DNA of 64,000 nt from the human T2T-CHM13v2.0 reference genome, Homo sapiens. Below are positions 1-15,399 of this stretch, piece after piece. Position 1 is the stretch's first letter; each line of letters starts with the position of its first letter. The position numbers were made by a program, and so were the translations under genes. The DNA is taken from the NCBI RefSeq assembly GCF_009914755.1, contig NC_060947.1; one strand, 5' to 3'. The notes below the pieces were generated by a model, which had not been told where the DNA came from, ran no database searches, and worked only from the letters and a program-made list of their open reading frames with translations.

Positions 1-2267
1 CAAAAAAACCCCTTATAATAAAATCTACACAATCTTACTTGGTTTGACCATGAGGTAAAATTTTCATAAACCTCTTACAACCTTTTACAATTTTCTATTA
101 AACAGCCAATCAATTCTCTAAGAAAACCCTGTTATTCAGTCACATGGGCCCAGGTTCTGACCCAGCATGTGTGTGCTTTTATTTCAATATTCAACCTACA
201 GAAAAACTAAATAATCCCCTTCAAATCTTAGCTAACTTGCCCATACCCACAGAGCTTCTTTTACAAGATCAACCCTTCACAAACACTTTGCAGCTTGCTT
301 CAACCTTTAGTTTTGCCTCATTGCTCTTTTAGGCTAGGACAATGCTTTAAAACATCTGAACTAGACAAAATTACATTCCCTTTAACAAAAACCATATTCC
401 CATGCCATCTTATAATCTCCCACCAAAAACATTCTACTTTCCTTCTATACCTTGCATGTAAACCTGTTTTTCCAGTAGTCTCAGATACACGTGTTACAAT
501 GTTAACTCTTAGCAGCTTTTACTTTTAGTGAAAAACCTGGTAGGTAAGCAGTTTTAACAATGTATAAGATTGCAGAGCCCATGACTTTTCCCGGCTTAGC
601 CAAGGTAGTTGGCTAACTCCATATACCCCAGGCCTTACCTAGAATCTAATGGCTTTAAAACAGACAAGTCAAACAATTACTAAAAGTCATAGCATTTTAT
701 GCCCTTAAAACATCTACCAAACAGTATCTGACTTGCCTAATGTAGACCAAATGTGTGAACTTTGAAGACGTTTTTATTTTACTTTACCAATTATCTTTAA
801 ACTTTCTTTATTTTTCAAAGATTATCAGAATCACGTGAACTAAAGGCATTAATGTTTCTATTTTTCTGACATTATGTTTGATTCAAGTGCTTATATTTGT
901 TTAAGCCAATTAACTAGAGCTCTTTTATATAAACATCACACACATAACACATACAGATACACAGAGAGACAGAAACAGAATCATGAAAAAAATTCCGTCA
1001 ACTGAGAAGTTTTTAGAGGGAGAGCAGGAGTTTTAAAACAACATATGTACACAGCCAAATATCAGCTTTAAATAAGTTGATTTCTAACTACAGAGCTCTC
1101 AAAAGAAAAATTATTTAAAAATCTTTTATTACCAGATTTCAGCCAGGACAAATGGTCAATATTTATGGCTTTTGAATATTTTTATACTAAAGTAACTTCC
1201 TATGTGAAATTAATAAGCCTTAACTAAGGGGATGACAACCACAGACGCACGAGGTGTCTCCAAAGCGATATTAAGTGATTTTTACAAGATCTAGAGTCTC
1301 CCCAAAGGTAGTTTAGAGGAAAGAGAATTCAAGGCATGAAATCAGAAGCTGTCCATGGAGTGGAAAAGAATCAATAAATGGCAAAATTCCAAAGGTATTA
1401 AACCACAAATGATTCACTCTCAAAGCCAGGAATTGAACCCTGGGCCACCACTGTGAGAGGGCAAAACCTTAGCAGCTGACCTAAGATACAAGGTGACTGC
1501 TATTGTCATTCCCAGAAGGAGCATAGAGCATTTTCAAGCATGCAAAAGATTTTAAGTGCTCAAGAGAATTTTCTAACACTAGCCATGCCATTATTATGCG
1601 TCCTCCTTTTAACCTTTTTCTTTTAGTGGTATACTCAGTTCTAATAATAACTCAATCCAAGAAGCTTGTTAAAGTCCAGATGGTAATTTTCTAGGTTTTT
1701 ACCATATAAGCACGAGGTATTTCCAGAAAGGGGGTAGAGGAGGCATCTTTATGATCCCCAAGAATTCACTCTCAGAAATGAGCTTAAGATAGCAAAATAC
1801 TACAAAAGCCCCGAAGGGATGAGACCTTTTAAGACAAAAGTCACCCAAGGGCTTGACATTCGGAAGGCAGAATATGCTGACTCATCTCAGACTCCAGGTC
1901 TTCTTGGACTGGCCACCTGACATGAACTCGAAAATTCCTGCCTACTGGATGGAGGAGACCAAGAGAGAGTGCCTCCACATGGTCACAAAGTCATGCTCTC
2001 AAGGACATAAAACAAGATGAGAGGGAAACCTCATTTGGTTTTTGTTTCAGGGACCCACAGCCACGTTTGTGACCAGTCTGCTGGGTGGGTTTGAACAGTG
2101 GGCTGATAAGGGTCCTAGGCCCACGCTGTATCATTCAGTATCTCTCTTTATGACAGAACGACACAGAAAGACAAATTCATAGCACAAATTGCACCAGATT
2201 TGCTACAGCCTAAGACTAGCCTCACAAATCCTTTTTAGAGACAGGAATTTTTACGGTTTACCAGTTT

Positions 2268-2310
<43 letters not shown>

Positions 2311-3330
2311 AAAAGACTTTCTGGTAAGAAATTCTTACCCTTTTGCCAGCATGCCAGGTTCCTGGAGTCCCTTTCCCTGAGTGGCTCTGGTGACCCTGCT
2401 TGCCGCACCATAATCACAAAGAAAAATCACCTTTTTCTGTTTCATGGAAGCATAGGCAAAAGCTTCTCAATCTTGCAAGATGCCGCCCAATGGGCTGCAT
2501 GGGGGAACTGAGTTAACATTTTCCATCCCAGCTGACACAAAATACACATAACAAAACAGACACTGACCCAATATCGACCTGCCTGTGTTGGTCCTTGTCA
2601 TCTTTGACCCACTCAAGGTAGGGAGGGATGACCTTTGACCAGGAATTCAATAGGTGGTCTCTGGGCAAGGTAATGAGCAGACAGTCACCCTGAGTCAGGC
2701 TTGTTGAGCTTTCTGCTGACAATTCCTTCAGAGCTCACTGAATGTGACCAGACGAATAAGGAAGGTTCTCGGAGTTAGGCCTGCTGGACGTCTGTCAGCA
2801 ATTCCTTCAGAGATCCCCTCCACAAATACACACAACCAAGAGAAGACAAATGGAAGGCCTTCCAAACCAATATTCCTAACCAAGAATTTTCAAGAGTATT
2901 TCTTCCAAACTAACCTCCTAGTCTCCATCTGAGAAATCTCCTTGAAATCCTGCCAGTTGAGGAGAAATCTCCCAAACCAAGACTCTTCCTACTAATTAGG
3001 GAGAGCCAGCCAAGACTCCCAAAGGAGCCAAACCAAGCCCTAAGAAAGGAGATGAACTGATCAGGGCAGGGGGCGGGGGGCGGGGGGGAAGGAAGGAGGT
3101 GTTGCCAGTGCCTAGAATACCCACCAGACCAGTTTAAAGGTATTTTTCCAGGAACTATTTCTCCACTGCAATCAATCCCAAGCACTATGGGTCAATATCA
3201 CGTCATCAGTAGGGACAGTACCAGAGATGGCCTTCAGTTAAATAAGCGGAGCTCACCTCCGGGTCAATCATACTGGTAGACAGAGGGCTGATGAGCCATA
3301 GGCAGGGGATCCTGAAGGAGCCTCCAAATT
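1..3330 (-). mobile_element. ERV1 (MER4-group) non-coding internal region, running off the left edge of the window
   Basis: 2310-2510 is the reverse-complement homolog of the MER41 internal sequence at 63060-63240 (gggaaagggaacccagaagcctggcatgcc...aaaagggtaagaattt). It abuts an LTR end at 3331. No intact gag/pol/env ORF. Confidence 0.75.
2272..2308. repeat. (GA)n microsatellite
   Basis: Perfect AG dinucleotide run, seen directly. Confidence 0.97.
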
Positions 3331-3462
3331 TGTAACCACCTGAGGGTTTTTCCCCTGCCTGCTGCACAAAGAAAGACCATGATATTGTAATAGAGAAACA
3401 GTTTAATAGACATGAGGCTGGCCATGCCACATGGGAGATGGAGTTAGTAATCAATTCATTTT
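3331..3462 (-). mobile_element. MER4/LTR8-group LTR remnant (3' end of the 5' LTR)
   Basis: tgtaaccacctgagggtttttcccctgcctgctgcacaaag... resembles the recalled reverse complement of a MER4-group LTR end. It is cut off by the adjacent L1 insertion. Confidence 0.65.
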
Positions 3463-3476
3463 CCCAGGACAATTTT

Positions 3477-3757
3477 TAAAAATAATTTCAACTTTCATTT
3501 TAGACTCAGGGGGTACATGTACAGGTTTGTTACCTGGGTATATATTGGGTGATACTAAACTTTGGGGTATGAATGCTTCTGTCATTAAGGTAGTGTGCAT
3601 AGTACCCAATAGGTAGTTTTTCAGCCCTTGCTCACCTCCCCGTCTCCCCTGCTCTAGTAGTACACAGTGTGTATTTTTCCCAACTTTATGTCCATGTGTA
3701 CCCAATGCTTATCTCACACTTATAAGTGAGAACATGCAGTATATGGTTTTCTGTTAA
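3477..3757 (-). mobile_element. Short 5'-truncated primate L1 3' end (old L1PA/L1PB type) with 14-bp TSD
   Basis: L1 3'UTR motifs (gggtacatgtacaggtttgttac; cacttataagtgagaacatgcagtat). TSD cccaggacaatttt at 3463-3476 and 3758-3771. Confidence 0.9.
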
Positions 3758-5076
3758 CCCAGGACAATTTTAACCACCCATAAAAGACCCCCCAGAAAAG
3801 AGCACAGAAAGAGGGGAGGACCAGAAGACTGACACACAGAATGAAGAAACTGATGAGCGTTGTCACTGAGTGAGCAGGGCCTCCTAGAGGCTCATCATTG
3901 CCCTTTACAAGTGATGCTAGGCTCCAGTGTTCTTTAACAACACAGACTGCATTTCCCAGGGCCTGGGTTGTAGCACTGAGTACTGCTGGAGAAAAACACA
4001 GAACATGTTATAACTATTGCACTTTCATTGTCATCATTGTTTCTTAGGATCTCAATGCTAGACAGAAGGCTTTCTTGGTGAATCGGGTCCCTCCCCCAGT
4101 CCCTTCTTAGGGAGTTCCAAGATTTCACCTCTCTGCTGGAACCATCTACCACACATTTATCCTCTTGCTATTAGCAAAGCACATTCCCAGTCTCACCTGA
4201 GGTCTAAGTGGGCAGATGGTGGGAGGAAGGCCTCAGTGCTGGATCAATAAATTTGCTTGTCACAGGGGTCCTTGTGAATGCACAGAAGCATGTACATAAC
4301 ATTCCTTCCAGCCCAGAGGAGCACTTTGATTGGGGCATGAGGTATAAGTGCGGGAGGCAGGGATGATGTGCGAATGTAGGCAGATGCCAGATCATGAAAG
4401 GAAGAGAGGCACTGCTTATCTTTTAAAATTATTGCATACTGTTTATTCCAAGGCTTTCTTTTTAAAGACTTATTTTTAGTGGTTTTAGATTTATAGGAAA
4501 ATGAAGGGAAGGTACAGATGCTTCCCATATTCCATCTTGCCCCAGCCTCAAAGTTTCTTCTGTTATCAACATCTTGCATTAGTGTGGTAAATCTGTTACA
4601 ATTGATAAGCCAATAATATGTAATTATTAACAAAAGTCTATAGTTAAGTTTTCACTCTTTAAGTTGTATAGCCTATGCGTTTTGGCAAATATGTAAGATG
4701 TAGCTACCATTACAGTATCTTACAGGATAGTGTCACTGCCCTAAACATCTCATGTGCATCATCATTTATCCCTGTCTTTCTCCTCCAAATCCCTGGCAAC
4801 TACTAATCATTTGACTGTCTCCAAAATTGTTCCTTTTCCAGAATGTCATACAGTTGGATTGGTGCAGTATATAGCCTTTTCAGATTGGCTTTTTTTCTCT
4901 TAACAGTATACACTTAATGTTTGTCCATATCTTTTTTTGGCTTAAGAGCTCATTTCTTCTTATCATTGAATAATATTCCATTGTACAGACATACCAGAGT
5001 TTGTTTATCCATTCACCCACTGGGGGATATCTTCAATGCTTCTGAGTTTTAGCAATTATTAATAAAGTTGCTATAA

Positions 5077-5699
<623 letters not shown>

Positions 5700-5964
5700 C
5701 ATATATTGTTTTCAACTCATTTGGGTAAATACCAAGGAGCAGGATTTCTGGGTTGTATTGCTTAGTTTTGTTAAAAAGACGCCAAACTGTCTTCCAAAGT
5801 GGCTGTACCATTTTGCATTTCCACCAGCAATGAATGAGAGTTCCTGTTGGTCCACCAAATTATACCATCATTTGGTATAATCAGTATTTTAGATTTTAGT
5901 TATTCTACTAGGTGTGTATTGGTATCTCATTGCTATTTCAATTTCCACATCCTTGCCAGCATTT

Positions 5965-6637
5965 TGAGGCAGGAGAATAGGGTCTGGAGGCAGGGAACCT
6001 AAGGCTATTTCACTCCGACTTCCTAGAACTAAATTGAAAGGAAAACCCTAACTTTCCACACCTAAGTAACAAAAGGACCAGAGGCTACTCCCTTTCACCT
6101 TTTCTGCGTGGCAGATGGGAAACTGGTTGCCGGCAACAAATCATACTGAGTGTGGGCCGAGTCTTCGTTTGCAACTTTGTAACTCCAGCTTCTGAATGGT
6201 TGCTGTCCACAACCAATCATACTGATTGCGGGCAGAGTCTTCTTTTGCATAGAAGTGTAACTTTATAACTTCACCCTAGCCTCTGAAGTTTGCACAGGAG
6301 TGTGACCTTTGTAACTTCACTTCAGCCTCTGGTTGGCTGCTTTCTGCAACCAATCAGACTGATTGTGGGCTACCACTTTCGTTACAAGGTGAGCATGAAG
6401 TGGCCAATGGGAAACTTTAGGGGGCATTCGGACCCAAGAAGATTCCGTATTCAGGCCCTTGAGCCACTGCTCGGCTCTGCTCCCACACTGTGGAGTGTAC
6501 TTTCTTTTTCAATAAAGCCCTGCTTTCGTTTTTTTGTTCTTCATTGTTTCTGTGCTTTGCTGGGCGTTTTGTCCAATTCTTTTTTCAAAATGCCAAGAAC
6601 CTGGACAACTTGGTGTCACTACCCTCTACCGGTGACA
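5965..6637 (+). mobile_element. Solo ERV1 LTR, MER51-like
   Basis: TG...CA termini, starts tgaggcaggagaatagggtctggaggcagggaacc, internal AATAAA and several CCAAT boxes. 4-bp TSD attt at 5961-5964 and 6638-6641. Confidence 0.88.
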
Positions 6638-7054
6638 ATTTGATATAGTCAGTATTTTAAATTTTAGTTATTCTACTAGGTGTGTATTGGTATCTCATTG
6701 TTGTTTTAATTTGCAGTACCTTAATGACACGTGATGTTGAACATCTTTTCATGCACATATTTGCCATCTGTATATCCTCTTTGGTCAGGTGTCTGTTCAA
6801 ATCTCTTGCCTATTTTTTAATTGGGTTCTTCCTTTTTTTATTGTTGAGTTTTCAGAATTCTTTGTGTATTTGGATACCTGTCCTTCATTACATGTGTTTT
6901 ACAAATACTTTCTCCCAGTCTTCTGTATTTTGTTTCATTCTCTGAACGGTATCTTTCAGAAAGCAGAAGCATTTAATTTTATTAAAGTCCAATTTATCGT
7001 ATTTTTTCTTTCATGGATTGTATTTTTTGTGTTATTTTTAAGAAGTCATGACCA

Positions 7055-7332
7055 GGCCGGGCGTGGTGGCTTATACCTGTAATCCCAGCACTTTGGGAGG
7101 CCGAGGCAGGTGGATCACGAAGTCAGGAGTTCGAGACCAGCCTGGCCAACATGGTGAAACCCCGTCTCTACTAAAAATACAAAACTTAGCTGGGCGTGGT
7201 GGCAGGCGCCTGTAATCCTAGCTACTCGGGAGACTGAGGCAGGAGAATGTTTGGACCCGGGAAGCGGAGGTTGCAGTGAGCTGAGATCGCACCATTGCAC
7301 TCCAGCCTGGGGAACAGGGCAAGACTCCCTCT

Positions 7333-7347
<15 letters not shown>
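7055..7347 (+). mobile_element. AluS (Sg-like)
   Basis: Full dimeric Alu starting ggccgggcgtggtggc, with an A-tail. Confidence 0.95.
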
Positions 7348-7393
<46 letters not shown>

Positions 7394-7507
7394 TATATAT
7401 ATGTGATATATATATTTATTGGTGATATATATATTTATTGGTGATATATATATTTATTGGTGATATATATATATTTATTGGTGATATATATATATGTATA
7501 TATATAT
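7348..7507. repeat. (TA)n tract plus about four copies of an 18-20 bp unit tgatatatatatttattgg
   Basis: Seen directly; it follows the Alu A-tail. Confidence 0.93.
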
Positions 7508-7662
7508 CTCACCAAACCCAAAGTCACCTAGATTTTCTCCTACATTGTCTTTTAGAAGTTTTACAGTTTTCCATTTGAATCTAAGATCCATTTTGAGTTC
7601 ATTTTAATGAAAGGTATAAGGACTGTGTCTGGATTGATTTTTTTTATATGTGGATATCCACC

Positions 7663-7790
7663 AAGGCTCATTGTGACATTTACATTATGTTTAGAGCTAT
7701 ATCTACAACTAGTTATTTAGAGCAAAAAGGCTCATTGTGACATTTACATTATGTTTAGAGCTATATCTACAACTAGTTATTTAGAGCAAA
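7663..7790. repeat. Perfect 64-bp tandem duplication
   Basis: 7663-7726 is identical to 7727-7790 (aaggctcattgtgacatt...ttagagcaaa). Confidence 0.95.
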
Positions 7791-8296
7791 TTCTACCATA
7801 AACCTACTTCACCTGAAAGAAGTTCAGCCATATTTCTAGCAATTTAGGAACAAAAAGAATCACAGACATTTCCTGTCTTCTGATAAATTGGGCTAGAAAT
7901 TTGCTTAGTAATAAGTCAAATGCTCAACCTACATATTAAAAAAGTTGATCTCAAAATTTTACATTGTAAACAAGGGTTTAGATGTTGCAGTTCCTGCTCT
8001 GGGATGCCTATGGTTTGAAAAGCACCATTCAAGTGGATATGTAGCACTTTCGTCTTTTGGTTATTTTGTAGTAATTTGCTCTTGGCTAGTGGGGAGAACT
8101 TCATTGTTACACCATCTAAAAAGATGCATAAAAACCATGGTTGTCTCTGAGAAATTTTATGTATGAGCTGGAGATAAATGTGTCAAACAACATCCAAAGG
8201 AAGTAACTGGGCTCAGAGAAGGCAAGAGAGGATCAGAGTTTCAAAATTAGGAAAGAAGGTCCCTTCAGAGAGTCCCTTGCCCTGATGCTGAAGACT

Positions 8297-8540
8297 TTTT
8301 TTTTTCCAAGTGAATTTATTTATTTTTAAATTGACAGATAAAATTGTATGTATTTATTGTGCACAACATAATATTTTGAAGTACATATATGTTATGGAAT
8401 GGTTAAATATAGTTAATTAACATCGTATTACCTCACATAGTTATCGTTTTGTGGTGAGAACACTTAACATCCACTCTCAGCGTTTTTCAAGGTCTCTTAA
8501 AGTTATTCTCCCTATCTAACTGTAATTTTGTAGTCCTTTA
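8297..8540 (-). mobile_element. L1MA-type 3' end fragment
   Basis: T-rich tail followed by aattgacagataaaattgtatgtattt...acctcacatagttatc motifs. Confidence 0.75.
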
Positions 8541-9349
8541 ATGGGATGTGAACTGTAGTTCAGTTCATGACTTATGGAGGATCTCAAACCATATCTCTTG
8601 AACTGACGGATGGGTGGAGTCATGACTTCTTGCATGCACGGACGGATGTAAATTTTAAGTCTCATTTTCTCTGGTGAAGTCACAAGGGTGCTTTCCAGCC
8701 CATGTTAAATTAGCTTTATAATTTATTTTGGGACAAAAGTAGTATGAGTCACTAAAAACACAGTGTTGGAAATTACATCATAAGGATATTGACTCTGCAG
8801 AATTGTCCCATCAGAAGAATGTTATGATCTGTGTTGAGTGCCTGTCAGAGGACTCTACTAAGAGCTAGGTATTCAATATAAACCACTATGCATCATGAAA
8901 AATAAAGATACACATCTGAATGCCAACATACTTTGCATGTGCTCTAATTCCTATGCAGCAAGTGTGAAAATGGTATTCATACAATCACACAAAGGAGTGT
9001 GTGCACACAAGGACCGGCATCCGAAGTATCTCAACTAAGGGCAGAAGTTACAAAAAGCCTATATTTACCACTGTGAATGAGGAGCCTCTGGTTTCTACAG
9101 CACTGTTCAACCTCTCAGGCTCTGCTCTATGCCTAGTTTTAGCTTTGGTTTAGTCATTCACTCTGATTATATCATTTTTTTCCATGTTACATTCATTGCT
9201 CATAAGTTCTTACCTTCATTGGAAGCTTTCTTATGTTTTAGGACACATTAATTTAAAACAATCCACTCACTGTTTTAGTATTTTATAATTTAGACTCTAG
9301 AACCTGAATAACCATGAAGACCAACGTGATGAAACATACATTGAATGTT

Positions 9350-11885
9350 TTAAAATTTATTTTTATTTTTAATTTTTGTAAATATATAGTAGGTGTATAT
9401 ATTTATAAGGTACATGAGATGTTTTGATACAGGCATGCAATGTGAAATAAGCACATCATGGAGAATGGGGTATCCAACCCCTCAAGCACTTATCCTTTAT
9501 GTTACAAAAAATCCAAAAACATTATTTATTTTAGAATACACAATTATTCTTGACTATAGGCACCCTATTGTGATATCAAATAGTATTCATTTTTTCTAGG
9601 TTTTTCTACCTACTAACTATTCCCATCTACCCCTAACCCCCCACTACACTTCTCAGGCTCTGGTATCCATCCTTCTAGTCTCTATGTCAATGAGTTCAAT
9701 TGTTTTAATTTTTAGATCCTACAAATAAGTGAGAACATACAATGTTTGTCTTTCTGTGCCTGGCTTATTTTACTTAACATAATGACCTCCAGTTCCATCC
9801 ATGTTGTAGCAAATGACTGGATCTCATTTTTTTTTATGGCTGATAGTACCCCATTATGTATATGTACCACAATTTCTTTATCCATTCATCTGTCGAAGGA
9901 CACTTAGGTTGCTTCTAAATCTTAGCTATTATAAATAGTGCTGCAACAAACATAGGAATGCAGATATCCCTTCAATATACTGATTTCCTTTCTCTTGAGT
10001 ATATAACCAGCAGTGGGATTGCTGGATCATATGTTAACTCTATTTTTAGTTTTTTGAAAAACCTTCAAACTGTTTTCCATAGTAGTTGTACTAATTTACA
10101 TTCCCACCAACAGTGTACAAGGGTTCCCTTTTCTCTACATCCTCACCAATATTTGTTATTGCCTTTCTTTTGGATATTAGCCATTTTAACTCGGGTGACA
10201 TGATATCTCACTGTAGTTTTGATTTACATTTCTCTGATGATCTATGATGTTGAGCACCTTTTCATATGCCTGTTTGCCATTAGTATGTCTTCTTTTGAGA
10301 AATGTCTACTCAAATGTTTTGCCCATTTTTTATTGTATTATTAGATTTATTCCTATAGAGTTGTTTGAGCTCCTGTATATTCTGGTTATAAATCCTTTGT
10401 CAGAGGGGTAATTTGCAAACATTATCTCCCATTCTGTGGGTTGTCTCTTCACTTTGTTGATTGTATCCTTTGCTGTGCAGAAGCCTTTTAACTTGATGTG
10501 ATACCATTTGTCCATATTTGCTTTGGTTGCCTGTGCCTGTGGAGTATTGCTCAAGAAGTCTTTGCCCAGACTAATGTCCTGGAGATTTTCTCCAGTGTTT
10601 CCTGTAGCAGTTTCATAGTTTTCAGTCTTACATTTAAGTCTTTAATTCATTTTGATTTGATTTTTATATAGCCAGAGCTTGTGGTCTAGTTTCATTCTTC
10701 TATGTATGGCTATCCCGTTTTCCCAGCACAACTTTTTGAAGAGAATGTCTTTTCCCAGTGTATGTTCCTGGCACTTTTGTAAAATGTGAGTTCACTGTAG
10801 GTGTGTGGATTTTTTTCTAGGTTCTCTATTTTGTTCTATTGATCTATGTGTGTGTTTATGCCAGCACCATGCTGTTTTGTTTACTATAGCTCTGTAGTAT
10901 AATGCTACATGCTGTCTGCCTCAGCCTCCCAAATCAATTTTCATTTCTGATTTTATTATTTTTATTATTTTATTTATTTGGGTTTTCTCTCTTTTTTTCT
11001 TAGTCTGGCTAATGGTTTGTCAATTTTGGTTAACATATTAAAAAACAACTTTTTGTTTTACTGCTCTTTTGTAGGTTTATTTTCATTTCAATTTTATTTA
11101 TTTCTACTCTGATCTTTATTATTTCTTTTTTTCTACTAATTTTTGGTTTGGTTTGCTCTTTCTTTGCAGCTCTTTAAGATGCATCATTAGATCGTTTATT
11201 TGAAGTTTTTACCTTTTTTGATGTAGGTACTTATAGCTATAAGCATCTTTCTTAGTATTGTTTTTGCTGTATCCCATAGGTTTTGATATGTAGTGTTTAC
11301 ATTATCATTTGTTTCAAGAAGTTTTTAAATTTCCTTCTTAGCTTCTTCTAGGACCCATTAATCATTCAGGAGCAGATTGTTGAGTTTTCATGTATTTATA
11401 TAGTTCCCAAAATTCCTCTTGTTTTTAATTTCTAGTTTTATTCCATTCTGATCTGGAAAGATGCTTGATATTTCAATTTTTAAAAAATTTTTTATGACCT
11501 AATATATGGTCTGTCCTTGAGAATGATCCATGGACTGAGGAAAAGAATGTGTATTCTCTAGCCATTGGATGAAATGTTCTGTGAATATCTATTAGATCCA
11601 TTTGCTCTATAGTGCAGATAGTCTGTTTTTGTTGTTGATGTTGTTGAGTTTCTGTCTGGAAGATCTGTCCAATACGGAATGTGGGGTGCTGAAATCTCCA
11701 TCCATTATTGTATTGGGACCTATCTCTCTCTTTAGCTCTAATGGTATTTGTTTTATATATCTGAGTGCTCTAGTGTTGGGTGCATATATATTTAAAATTG
11801 TTATATGTTTTTGATGAATTGACCCCTTTATTATTATAGAGTGACATTTGTGTCTCCTCTCAAAGTTTTTGTTTTGAAATCTAAT
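9350..11885 (-). mobile_element. L1MA1/2-like 3' end and ORF2 fragments with an internal deletion junction at about 10904-10935
   Basis: Recognisable L1MA 3'UTR. Minus-strand ORF 10330-10554 encodes ORF2 C-terminal-like peptide ([10 protein letters not shown]...FCTAK). EN/linker-region sequence follows 10935. Confidence 0.85.
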
Positions 11886-11889
11886 TTTT

Positions 11890-14165
<2,276 letters not shown>

Positions 14166-14744
14166 ATGAAAAACATAGTGAAGTGAAAGCAAACATCTGT
14201 CCAGAAGGGAATAGAACAATAAAAATGCCCAATAATAAATTTAATTTGAATGTGAAGAACTAATATGAAGCAAATAACACAGTCATTGTGAGGGATACAT
14301 AAAAAGACTTGAGGAAATGAGGAGTGGCTTTTTCTTGGATAGAGAAATTCTAAAATAGAAAGATAGATATTGTCCCTAAGTTAAGATGTAATTTAAAAAT
14401 AATACCTAGTGTCTCACCTGGAATATTTTAGCACCTGATCAAATGATTCTGAAGTTCATCTGAAAGACAAATGTGTCAGAGTAGACAGAAAAGGAAAAAG
14501 CAATGAGGGAGGGCAAGCATTATTTCGCATTACAAATATAATTAAGCTACAGCAATTAAAATAGTATACTAGTGGTACAGGTACAAACGACTCAATGGAA
14601 GAAAATTAAAATAAGAGAGTTACATACAAAATTGAGTGGGGATGTAGGTGATGATAAAAGAGCCACTTCAAAACAGTGGGTGAAACAGGGATTCAACAAA
14701 TGATGTAGAGTCCCTACCACTTAATTTTGTTCAGATGGATCAAT

Positions 14745-15066
<322 letters not shown>

Positions 15067-15399
15067 CGGATCAATGATTTTGAATGTACAATCATGCAAC
15101 AAAAACTATGAATGTCTTATCATATTGGAGTGGGTAAGATCATTGCAAGCATGACAGCAGACTCGCGAAGGCACAAGAAAATGATTTATGAAAGCAGATA
15201 TAAAATGGGTATTAACATATATAATATTTATTTCTATGATGGCGAATTTGTCTGAAACACATTGTTTTCTTAGAGTAACCTGGGCCTCATATTCTCCAAC
15301 GCCATTGGAAGTGAAAGGAAGGTTGGGCGGGGGAAAAAGAAAAGTGCTTTGTAAGTTCATTTTCGTTGTCAGAAGAGCTTGTGGTTTAGGTTCTCCACA

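Noticed and set aside
7790-9340. Non-repeat-looking stretch with short ORFs and Cys/His-containing peptides, considered as a processed pseudogene or endogenous viral element
   Set aside because: The frames I translated have frequent stops, with no recognisable protein family, poly(A) tail or TSD. A tblastx search would be needed to reopen this.
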